Source: Phoronis australis | Taxonomy: Eukaryota; Animalia; Phoronida | Length of the DNA: 64,000 bases | Direction: 5' to 3' | Assembly: GCA_002633005.1 (NCBI GenBank) | Contig: NMRA01000505.1 | Location: 12,453 to 76,452, forward strand | Shown here: in pieces, positions 1-11,672 of the stretch | How positions within the stretch are numbered: position 1 is the stretch's first letter | Layout: each line of letters opens with the position of its first letter | Program-made: the position numbers and the translations under genes | The notes under the pieces: model-generated | Seen by the model: the letters and a program-made list of their open reading frames with translations, nothing else | Told to the model about the DNA's origin: nothing | Databases searched by the model: none

Positions 1-2374
1 CGTTTGCAACAAGTGTTTGAAATAGTTCATTAATGAACCCTTTAGTGCGCAATACGATTCATTATGTGCGCAAATTAGGAAATGTACCAATTAATTCAGG
101 TCAAAGTTGAAGGTCGCGGGAACTGGCAACTTTTTCAACTTTTAAGTCAACGAAAGTGAAAAATACTTACGTAATAACGTGCGCAAGGGTTTCTTCTACA
201 AGTTCACGAAGTTTCACGCCAAAATTCGAGAGTTTAGTCTTCTCCTGAGTTGAAAAACAAATACCAGTTGTTTTTACCGGCCGCCATTTTGCTTTGAAAT
301 GTCGGTCACGTCGCTGCAAAAAACTCGTGCAAAGTATTATTAAACGGATTTTGCAACGAAAAAAAACTAACATTTCGGTAAAATAACGTCTTATTTAATA
401 CTTTGGAGTAATTTTTAATCACATTTATTGCATTTTTGAGTGATTTTTTGCCGATTTTAATGTGCAAATTTTACACGGTGACAGATACGCGAAGCGATTT
501 GGTGACGTATGTTGTCCTCGCTACTCAAAGTCAAATACACGAGATCGGACTCACAAAACACGAAACCCACGACTCATTCATCCCAAAAAAACACAGCCAT
601 GGACTCACATTCACTTAGACACATGTCACACGACACACGAACTGCCAAACACGGTTTACGACATTTTTTCATTCAGGATGCAAATCTAGATTTTTATATG
701 TTATGCAATCATATTGACAGAATTCCTTCACCTCTGGCAGATATTTGTATGATACCTTGTTTTATCACTGATATTTATGAAATTTACATGTTTTAAAGTA
801 AAAAAATGTCAATGATGTTCAGAATAATCCATAGTGTAGCAGAAATCCATCATTATTTTGTTTCAATGATGCATTGCATGTTATAATGCACATGGCATTT
901 AATTAAATCACACATTTAATTGAAATTTAATGTCTTCATGATCTTAACATGTATTTCTTATTTTTTCAAGTGATTGCAGGAATCTGAAAAGTCAAACGCA
1001 ATTTTCAGGCACATTTGTAAAATGATTTTAATGTTATGCAAAACACTAAATTTGCATGTGCTTCTCGTACACTCATGGCTGAAAAAGAGAAACATTACTA
1101 GTGTTTTGAACTGTGTTTTGTAATGGTTGATGGTATTTAGAATTTGATTTAGAAACCGCATATTTGTACCAGATGTCCTGGTGATTGGATTCCTCAACCA
1201 AATAATATCACCGTCACCTAAGAAAAACTGTATTCTCCGTAGCCCCGTCTGAATTCCATTAAATTCTTCCATTTATAAAAGATATTTGATACTGCACATT
1301 GGGAATCTTGAAGCTATCACTGACCCACAAAAATATTAGATCAAGTCCTAGATTTGAATTGATCATAAGTAAAAATGTCTTTCGTATTTTCCGTAGCCCT
1401 CAATTTATGTATAGGAGCAATTCCGTGAAAAGGTCAACCTCGAGACAAAAATTAAAATTGTGGCTACACTAACATTTCTGGTTTCATCTGAAAGCACATT
1501 TTCTCTAGTTTCAGGACCCATATTTGACTGTCTTATAATACTTTTTTGCCTAAATGGACCCAATTTTGGAGTCACTTGACCCTAAAACATTAGCTCGATT
1601 TTCATGTGTGTAGCTTATTATTGTCATAAAAAAGCTAATCATGGGGTTTTCACTATACTATCAAATTTGTGCAATCGCATGGACCTCAAACTTTATAAAA
1701 ATAACATTTCAGCTTTGGCACATCACTGACGTCTTGGGGTCAAAGGTCAACTCCTGGATATCATGGTGCTGTACATCCATCACAAAAAATGTGTTAAAAA
1801 ATTTAGTTATGTTGAAAATTTTCAATCAAAATTAAAATAAATTCGGACTCTCTTTTAACTTGTTACTCAATACTATTGACCAAAATTTTGGTTCCCAGAG
1901 ATTATTCGTTTAGTCAGAAATTGCGTGACAGATGTACAGCAAATTTGTATGTCCGTCACGAACGTCCGTCACACCCATGAAAATACAATTTATCAGCCAA
2001 TAAAAATAACCTAAGGTCATATTTTTACTTCCTAAACTTGCATAAGATAGAATGTATCTCACACCTAAGAACCTTAAAACGATAAAATATTACAAAGGCA
2101 GCTTTAAAAATTAAAGTCCTGGTCTCACACTTGGTTAGAGGATGTTATAAGGATCCAAGAAGTACCTACCCCATAACTAATACATGATCCGTACTTGAAA
2201 AAAGTTTTAATGAACGCGCCACTCACGATTCGCACCCGAAGAACCACCCCATTTTGAACTTGCCGCGAACCCGGAAGTACAATTCATTCAGGAACCCAGG
2301 CTTAGAAAACGCCATCAGTGTGAATGGACGAGTGCCTGTTACCAGCCTGCAAACAGGGATAAAATAATGGATAG

Positions 2375-3443
2375 TGTCACGTTTTTCCCCGTGTGTGGGT
2401 GGGCGCAGGTTGTTACAGACCGGTGCTAATAGCTTTCGGTGCGACGATTGACTGAAGACTGGTTCGAGTTAATCCTTTATTAATCCCGACCGCATGTTCA
2501 CAAGCCTACTCAAACAAAACGTCCGACGTGATGTCTGTTTATGCTCCAGCCAGTGCTGCGAAGCCTTGACTTGTGATGAACTTCTGAGACATGTTCAGCA
2601 ACTGTTGCACGCGTCGATTCAATAACCTGCTGTCTCTATAGCTGGCTCTCTATTGACTATCCAGGGCTTGGAATTTTCCGCGGAAACGCGGATTTCCGCT
2701 TTTTTCAAATGTGCTTTCCGCTTTTTTAATAATGTTTCCGCGTAAAAAAATCGGATTTGATATAAAACGTCCGCGGCAAATTCCTTTCTTACCGCGGCGT
2801 TGCAGACGACGTTCACCTCGAAAAGCGGAAGTTGCTCTTTATGTTCGGAGGAACGTAAATTGTCAACATTGCTGGGGCATCTGGGATAGCGTGGTGTGAT
2901 TTTCAATGGCGTCTCGTGTTATTGTTAAGCGCGGCGACAAATACTACCGCTCTGCAGCCAAAAATGTTTGGGTTGGGAGTAGACGGGCGAGCTAAAAGGA
3001 CGCAGACGCATGCTACTGATGGTGGTAACTGCTGATTCTCTTCACTGTCACTCAGCTGTAGACAAGTTCTCTTGATTAACTTTCTTGAATTTACTTGATC
3101 TCGCTTGAACTGACTTGATCTCCCAACTTGATCTTACTAACACAAACCCGTGCTTGTGTATTTATAGCCTAATGCATTGTTCTGGAACTTTACATCAATT
3201 CAAGCACATTCTAGAACTCTCCTGAATCTACCCGACCATTCTACAAACATGTACTAGTCGCTAGAATATTCCAGACTGCGTTATTTACTGTCATGCTAGA
3301 GTCTTCTAGAAAGTTCCACACTATTTTGTAGTAAAGAAATTACATCATCACTGTACTTAACTCAGGGGTCATGCCAATCAAACAGAATAACAAAACAAAA
3401 CAAAACAATACGACTAAAAATACTGTCAGACTATATTCTGACA
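2375..3443 (-). mobile_element. Solo LTR
   Basis: TGTCA...TGACA termini with 5-bp TSD GATAG (2370-2374, 3444-3448). It interrupts Kolobok sequence that is contiguous in the copy at ~7320-7360. TATA-like (~3160) and AATAAA (~2478) on the minus strand. Confidence 0.8.
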
Positions 3444-4455
3444 GATAGCGCGCCTTAATTTTAATGAAATCAAAATAAGGACTATTTTATCGATTTAGCT
3501 GAAGAAATGTGGCGAATAAATTTTGACAGAAATTATTTTGCCGGCCTCTGGACCGCAGCCTGTTGGACCTGGTGCGGATCGAGACAAGACGCAGGCGAAA
3601 GGTAAAGGCATGCGGTTGCAAGCTGTTTTGTCGAAGTAAAATGTTCAAATCATAAATGCCGTATATATTCAAAGGTAGTTTCAGACACTTGCATAAAATT
3701 ACGGGCTGGTTAATCCTGTGTCACACTGCCACGGCAGCCCTTAGCTAGCCTCAGTGCCAGCTACCAGTGTGAAGACTACCGTCAAAATACAGCTAGCTTG
3801 TTAGTAGGCCCATACAGCTTTGGGCCAAGGCTACCCTTAGGCCTACCTGGTCGCTGGCCACAGCGCTCGCTCAAAGGAGGTTTATGTTGAATTTGGGTAC
3901 TTCTGGCGAACTGTGCAAAGTTGTTGGCTTTCAACAGAGATTTTCCTAGACTAGGTATGAGCGCACCAAGCTTAAAAAAATGGATGGCTGGAATTTTTGG
4001 GATTGTCTATCTTTTACTATAAGGTTCACTGGGTGTGTTCAGAGTTATGAATTGCAGACGCTAAATTTTGGTACTTCCTATCTTCTAGTGGAATATATCG
4101 TCTCGTTTTCTACTTTTTTAGGAGTTCGTGCTTCTCTGACTGAGGCAGACCTTTTTCCATTTCTCCCAATAGGGGGCTCGTTCGAGCACATAAGTAGGAC
4201 AAGTCCAATACAAAATGTTATCATTTTTTATTCATTAAGCCAAAATGATTCAACCTTTTAATATAATACTCTCGAGTTCCGAATAGCCGTATCTATACGA
4301 TTATTTTTTACTGACTTGTTTTCCGATCTATACGGCGCTTATTCGGGTCTCTACGTTTATTAATTTTCTAACCTTTTCCACTCTCCACGATTATTTAATT
4401 CAGCAAGTTCAAAATTTTTGTTTCATTCAATACAAATTTGTTGCACAAAACTTCG

Positions 4456-4530
4456 CTGCTGACACCGGGTATCGTACCTCGGTCATAAAACAAGTAAATT
4501 CGCTCTAAACCTCTAGACCACGAGACGACT
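4456..4530 (-). repeat. Degenerate tRNA-like / SINE head
   Basis: Minus strand gtcgtctcgTGGTCTAGAGGtt...GGTACGATACCcgg carries Pol III A-box and B-box-like motifs; no complete cloverleaf. Confidence 0.45.
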
Positions 4531-6075
4531 CCGCGTTATACACGGAAGTCACATGTCATTAAAAGATTTTATTCGCTAAAATATACAACTGTGTGTTTCA
4601 AAGCGTAAAATAATCGGACTCCCAAGCAAGGGTTTACGTAGCGGCCGTCTGTTGGACGGCCAGAATGTTATTTTGGATGGTTTCGACGGGATCTGTGTCG
4701 GCAAAATTTAAAAAAGCTTGAAATGATTAACGGCTGGTCGGCAGTCGCTCAAAGAAATAGGCGATCAGTAATTTCAGAAATGAGAAATTTTTACAAAAAA
4801 TGCTTTTTTCAATATTCCGCGCGCCCCGTGACACAGATCGGTATTACCGGCAGCTCAACATACGTATCAATAAAACGCTTTCGATGAGTTTCTTTGGCTG
4901 ATCCAATATTTGTGATTGCACCCTGTGAAAAACTGGCAAGCCGTTAAAACTCACTGTGTCTGTCCCCAAAGTTTGCATTTCCAGGGGGTAGTAATTCTGG
5001 GATTTTGCACAGCCAGTGTCTTCTGCGGTTTCCGTCATTATTGACATGCGCATTCTACATACTTAATCGTGTCGTCTGCCGCGCAAAGGCCTAAAGAATT
5101 CGAGGATTATTTTACAAAACGAGAGATGTTCCAGAAACTGACATTGATTCAAGTGCTAGTAGACGACAAATAATCCAGCTACAGATACATACTGTGGTGA
5201 TAACGCGGCCAGTCAACGAAGCGTAAATACCCGTGCAATTAATGAACGGTGCCAAACCTTTCAACCAACAAAGTACCAACAAGTTGCCGACGTCATCGGA
5301 CATCAGCATTTTTACAATTCGCTCCAAACTTGAGAATAGATTGTGAACAGGAAGAATGGACTTGTGACAATCTTGAAAATGACATAGTTGCTAACGTTCG
5401 ACAATCCAGTCGATATCTATTGAAATTGATTTCTACTTGCTCTCCCGTCCAAATAAATGGAAAAATAATGTGAATCGGTTTCTTTATACCTAATTAGATA
5501 TTCAAGATGGTGGACGTAGTCGTGGTCGTAGACTCGAATGTTGGGAAATTCTGCGAGAAATCTCAATTTCTGGCCGTGTAAAATTTTGGATGTACAGACT
5601 TTTTGACGTTGAATTCTGACTAACATTACGATGGTATTGACTATGAACGTTGTGCAAGACATGAGGTTGAGAAAAAACAAAGGCTCGAATGTCAGGAACA
5701 TGTATGATAAAAATGGGACTCGTTTTACCAAGACACTTTATTGTCTTTATTCAGACTGTCAGCTTCATGGAAGACTGGACGTTCCTTCTAAAATCTTTAC
5801 CTCCTTGTTAGTTTTTAGACGTAGTCGACATTGGCATCTCTAGTATGAATGTCACATTCTTTTTTGAGTAAAATGATTCCGCTTACTGTTTGAAACACAG
5901 CTATTTAGACTTCCATTTAAAGTTATTGAATAAACGAATGGTCTTTGTTTTAGCAATGACGCTTTTATTCCACTTCACTGTACTATGTTATGTCATGGGT
6001 GGATACACCACTGCAGTAATTCAACTATGCTGATGTTCAGATTAAAAGTTTTTCTTTGAAACAATAATTACTTAA

Positions 6076-7620
6076 AGTCCTTGTTGCAAACTGCCCATGT
6101 GGTTCCAGTATCCGAAAATACTTACTACATATATTCTTATTTTCGACACCCTTTCTTTATATTCTTTTCGCCTTTCTTGCCAAAAGCGATTTTGTAACAG
6201 TATTTGACCCTTCTCTCTGAGCGTATGATTATCGGTTGTCATCGGTTATTTCCGTACCCACATTTCCGGCTCATCAGTTCAGGAACTTGTCCTGAATGCC
6301 GCCATTTTTTCCTTGTAACTGAATGTGCTATGGCTTGCTCGAAAAGTCTTCATTATTTTGTTTTATTAGTAATATATCGTGATTCGTTTGCATATGTAGT
6401 GTATTTATAGTTTGTAGTTAGTGGTCGTTGATTTTTTTGGAATGTTACGCGTACTTAGTATGTTAAAATAGCATTGGTGTTTAGTTCCTTACGTAGGCCG
6501 GTCGAACCTAGGAACCAATATGGGTCGAACCAATTTTTTTTTGTTTTATTTTTTTCCTCGTTTTGAAAAAGTACTTTGCTATCATCGGAAAGGTAGTACA
6601 TTCTACTCAGTAAAAATCGAAAAAGTATCAAAATCGGGGCAAGCACTGTAAAGTTATTGCAAGTTTTGTGGCGAAATTTGGGTCACTTTGTTTGGATCGC
6701 GTCGGCCATATTGGAGGACAGCGGGATGAGTTACGAGTTTAAAACTTTGTGTAAATTGTTTTCGCCAACAAATTACGGTAAAATTTATCTTTACTTACTA
6801 TTCTGCACGATTTAGCAGTGTTCATCAAATTTCAGCCTCGCAGTTGTTACTCATTAAGTGATAAATGTGCTCACAATTCCCGTTGGACTTCGATCGTCTC
6901 ATTTCTGGCGGCACCTACAATGTCGACTTTTGCTGAACTGAAAGGCATGTTCAATCGGCTACTTTGTAATTTGTGAAGATTTAACGTTGATACATTTTGA
7001 CAAACGTTGCTACAAAAAAGAAACTTTGTTCAATTTTCGTGTTTTTTGTGTTTGTGGCCAGCAGTGTGACACAGGACTAACCAGCCCGTAATTTCATGCA
7101 AGTGTCTGAAACTACCTTTGAATATATGCAGCATTTATCATTTGACCATTTTACTTCGACAAAACAGCTTGCAACCGCATGCATTTACCGTTCGCCAGTG
7201 TCTGGTCTCGATCCGCACCGGGTAGGCTGCGGTCCCGAGTCTGGCAAAATAATTTCTGTCAAAATTTATTCGCCACATTTCTTCAGCAAATTCCATAAAA
7301 TTGTCCGTAGTTTGATTTTATCAAAATTAAGGCGCGCTGTCGATTTTTTTATCCCCGTTTGCTGGCTGGTAACAGTACAGGCACTGCTCCAGTCGCACTG
7401 ACGGCGTTTTCTCGGCCTGGGTTCCTGAATGAATTGTACTTGCGGGTTCGAGGCAAGTTCAAAATGGCGGTGTTTCTTCGGGTGCGAATCACGAGAGGCG
7501 CGTTCATTTAAACTGTTTTCGAGTACGGATCGTGTATTAGTTATGGGGTAGGTACTTCTTGGATCCTTATAACATCTTCTAACCATGTAATAAGGGTTAA
7601 CAACGCGTGAGACAAGGACT
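6076..7620. mobile_element. Kolobok-like element, inner copy of the same family in opposite orientation
   Basis: TTAA TSD at 6072-6075 and 7621-7624; TIR AGTCCTTGT. 6076-7050 is the reverse complement of 8591-9527; 7060-7620 is the reverse complement of 2115-2370 plus 3449-3730. Confidence 0.85.
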
Positions 7621-9899
7621 TTAAAGCGGTGGTAAGTCAGACAGAATTTGCTTCTTTGCACTATTATTCCTATCTATATCATTAGATTTTGCACTTCCTA
7701 TTATTTCCATCTGCCATTGATTTTACGCAAATTTGTAATCAATGTTATTCCAGTTAAAACTATTTTTAATTTTCCACAAATTTCCCGTCTATACCATTAT
7801 TCCCTAGAATTTGCTGTTTTGCATTATTCCCTTCTATATCATTATTAGGTTTTACCTAAATTTATAATCAATATTATTATTCCAGTCTATACTATGTTTA
7901 AATTTCCACAAATTTGCCGTCCATACCATTATTCCATTCTATACTATTATTAATTTTTTCTGACAATTTCCAGTCTATACTATTATTCTACTTTTCTAGT
8001 GGCAAAAATGTTTGGTCTATACTATTATTAGTCTCTACTATTATTAAAAATCGTGAAATTTTCCAGTCTATACTATTATTGCTATCTCTATTACTATTCG
8101 GAACTCCAGAGTAAGTAACTTAAAATGCACAATACTTTACAACATTTAGCATTACAAACACTATTCAACAGCAAAATTTTCCACGATATGAAAGTGGACA
8201 TACATGTAACTATTACCATGGTGACCGAATAGTGTTTCTTTACACCAGCTTTTGACAAGCATGATTAAAAAATATGAAGTTGCAAGGAACAAGAGTTGGA
8301 GGCTTGAAGCTTCACAATCCAACATAGCTTATTTCTCAAATTAAAGATTATTTTTGACTTGATTATCTGAATTAAGAAATAATAATATGTTAAAAAACAT
8401 GACTTGAAAGCAATTGAGACTTAAAATTTAGAAAAATATGAATCATTTTGTGACACTTAATCAAGCCTTGAACAGCAGTTGATAGGCAAACAAAAAACCA
8501 TTTCAAAATTATTTCAACTATTTTTTTAGGTTAGTGTAAGATCACCTGAATGAGAAATTCACTGTAAAAATAATTCGAATTATCTTTTTGCACAAAAAAC
8601 ACGAAAATTGAACGAAGTTCCTTTTTTGTAGCAACGTTTGTCAAAATGTATCAACGTTAAATCTTCACAAATTACAAAGTAACAGGTTGAACATGCCTTC
8701 CAGTTCAGCAAAAGTCGCCATGTTGTCGGCGCCGCCAGAAATGAGACGAAGTCCCAACGGGAATTGTGAGCACATTTATCACTTAATGAGTAACAACTGC
8801 GAGGCTGAAATTTGGTGAACACTGTTGAATCGTGCAGAATAGTAAGTAAAGATATGTCTCACTAAGTTTCAACGTAAATTGTTGGCGAAAACAATTTACA
8901 CAAAGTTTTAAACTCGTAGCTTATACCGCTGTCCTCCAATATGGCCGACGCGATCCAAACAAAGTGACCCAAATTTCGCCACAAAAATTGCAATAACTTA
9001 ACAATGCTTGCCCCGATTTTGATTCTTTTTCGATTTTTACTGAGTAGGATGCACTACCTTTCCGATGATAGCAAAGCACTTGGTTCGACTCATATTGGGT
9101 CCTAGGTTTGACCGCCCTACGTAAGGAACTAAACACCAATGCTATTTTAACATAATGAGTACGCGTAACATTCCAAAGAAATTCAACGACCACTAACTAC
9201 AAACTATAAATACACTACATATGCAAACGAATCACGATATATTACTAATAAAACAAAATAATGAAGACTTTTCGAGCAAGCCATAGCACATTCAATTACA
9301 AGGAAAAAATGTCGGCGTTCAGGACAAGTTCCTGAACTGATGAGCCGGAAATGTGGGTACGGAAATAACCGATGACAACCGGTAATCATACGCTCTGAGA
9401 GAAGGGTCAAACATCGCTTTTGGCAAGAAAGGCGAAAAGAATATAAAGAAAGGGTGTCGAAAATAAGATTTTATGTAGTAAGTATTTTCAGATACTGGAA
9501 CCACATGGGCAGTTTGAGACCAGGACTTTAAGTGAAGAAGTTACAGATTTTAACTAAATGCATTGAATTTTTTCAATTTCAAAAGTATTTGCAGAAAAGT
9601 TATAGTTTACAATGTCATCTAGTTATTTTTAGTAGAATTCAACTTATTAAAATCAAACAGTTGGACCACATTATAAAATGTTAAGAAAAAGAAAATTAAT
9701 GAATTTATTGTGTTTCTGTTAGTACCCCATGTTAGTAAAGAAATTCCTAGGTTTTGGGAAATTCAAGATGCAAAAATATTCGTACAGAAGAAATCCCAAG
9801 GTGCCCAAGAGTATACGCAAATAACAAGAGCCTAAAGGAATATATGTGAAGCTGCTGTTGCACTGAAATCAACGTGTTATTTCTGCTCCGACCTCCTAT

Positions 9900-11672
9900 A
9901 GACCCAATTCACGCCGACATGGGGAGCGTTTCAAAACTAGGCTCGCTACAATAGCTCTGTTAGCTTATCGGCATGTATTTCAGTCCGCGTTGCTCCGCAA
10001 ATGGCTAGAAAAAATACGGACACTCAACTGTCTGCTTTACAATCCCTAAAGATGTTGAGATTCGGAGGCGTTGGGTAGTTGCCATACGCTGCGACGAAGC
10101 AAAATATGTCCGTGTAAAATTTATAAATGTTTTCGAAAAGTTAGATCATATTTTGTCGCATCTCGGTTGTCAAGCATCATAGTAACGACCAGAGAATGGG
10201 CAGTCAGGCTGTGTTTTCATGACTACACAGTGGCGGATTTAGGGGGGGCCAAGGGGGCCATGGCCCCCCTAAAATTGTACCAGATCCCATTTGTGAGTTC
10301 GGGTGCGAATTGCTGACTAGCAAACGCGCAACCAGAGGGTCTTGGGGGGTGAATAAACAGCGCATAGGCGCTGAATGAGCCCCGTTTACCGTTTTTTTTT
10401 TAGTCAACAGGTTCGCAAACCCAAGAATTCAAGACCCCTGCATCCCCAGATTTTAGGCTGGGCGCGCGCATCTGCCGAAAAGCTGCTTATTCCTGTGCCC
10501 TGGCCCCCCTAACTCAAAATCCTGGATCCGTCCCTGCTACTGATTGAAACATAATTTTTCTTTCCAAAAAGGACAGGGCCCTCAATTCCCCTCTCAAAAA
10601 TATTGAAATATCACGCGAAACTCCCCCCACGAGGCATAAAATTTCCCCTAGTGAAAAATCTCTCTTGAGTTCACATCACCTGTAACCACGCAGGTGACAA
10701 TTTTTAAGAGCATAAAAGGCCACTTTAAATTGAGACGGAGCCTATGAGAGCTTGCAACAGGGCGGGGGTGCTATTGATGGTGATCGACAGGTAGATTGTT
10801 CCCGCCCTCACTCGGCGAAAAAATCACCTCTCAGTAGGCACTGGCACCTTTCCCCTCGGATGAACGAGGCTCCTGTTGAAACATGATAACTATGATTGCT
10901 TTGTCCAGTTAACTGAAATTGAGTTCTAAAACGAGGTTATGCTTTGGACGAACGAGTTAGGTGTTTTAATTTTAAAATTCAACTTGGTCCAGATTGATAT
11001 TTGAAACCTAACAAATGAAGTAGACTTAAGAATTATTACAACCAAGAAAGCAGAATTGATGGTCAAATAATTTTTATTTTCAATTACGAGCCTGGTTTTT
11101 TATTTTAATTAAAAATATATTTAATAGCATCAATTATTCTTTCAGATCAATGACAAATCAACTGTTAGTCCCAGTGCCGGAGTGCATAGGATCAGGCTAT
11201 GCTTGATGTTAATATTCATGATCAACAAATTAAACTAATTGCACATGACAGCCACCACTGTCGAATATGTCTTCAACTCGTCAACAATACTAGCAGATGA
11301 CCTGGTTCGCGTAGAAAGTATTTTGATCAACAGTTTACAAGTAAAAACGTAACCCTGCATTTAGCATAATACCTATTAACTGATCCGTAACACGACGATT
11401 GACGCAATTTGGTCATATTTACTTTTCATGTTTCGAACCTAGTTTTCCGAAAAAAATTAAACCCTTTCATCAGACAAATCTTTGGCGCCTTAACTTGTTC
11501 TCTAATGTAATTTTCTACGTCTGTGTGGTTAATTGTCGACACATTATTAAAATTTAATATCCAGGTTGGACTCGAAAGACCGGCTATTTAACTCACGCAA
11601 TGTCAACTTCCGCTTCGTTTATCGCAGTGAGCCTCACTTTGGATTTTAATGTCCACCGCGTGAATTGGGTCT
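9900..11672 (+). mobile_element. ISL2EU/Harbinger-like element with decayed THAP domain
   Basis: TIR AGACCCAATTCACGC with AT flanks; ~10033-10115 translates CFTIPKDVEIRRRWVVAIRCDEAKYVRV, a THAP-like F.PKD...W..AI motif. Confidence 0.7.
10228..10536. mobile_element. MITE (CAGTGGCGGAT...GATCCGTCCCTG)
   Basis: Imperfect TIRs, palindrome ggggggccatggcccccc, near 5-bp TSD ctaca/ctact. Confidence 0.7.

Larger units (their letters stand above)
4269..8111. mobile_element. TA-flanked TIR element (Tc1/mariner-like, non-autonomous)
   Basis: TIR CTCT(C/G)GAGTTCCGAATAG (17/18 match), TA on both sides, subterminal 'ctatactattatt' repeats at 7650-8100. Confidence 0.75.
2115..9527. mobile_element. Kolobok-like non-autonomous element (outer copy)
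   Basis: Perfect 13-bp TIR AGTCCTGGTCTCA; TTAA TSD at 2111-2114 and 9528-9531; both arms homologous, inverted, to the copy at 6076-7620. Confidence 0.8.

Noticed and set aside
4456-4530. Functional tRNA gene
   Set aside because: A and B boxes only; anticodon arm and stems are degenerate.
5100-5850. Transposase remnant inside the TA-flanked element
   Set aside because: Looks coding-like, but I could not recognise any DDE or HTH motif.
6204-9410. Duplicated 68-aa ORF MTLLSERM… on opposite strands
   Set aside because: Falls within the inverted Kolobok copies, starts at TTG, and has no recognisable domain.
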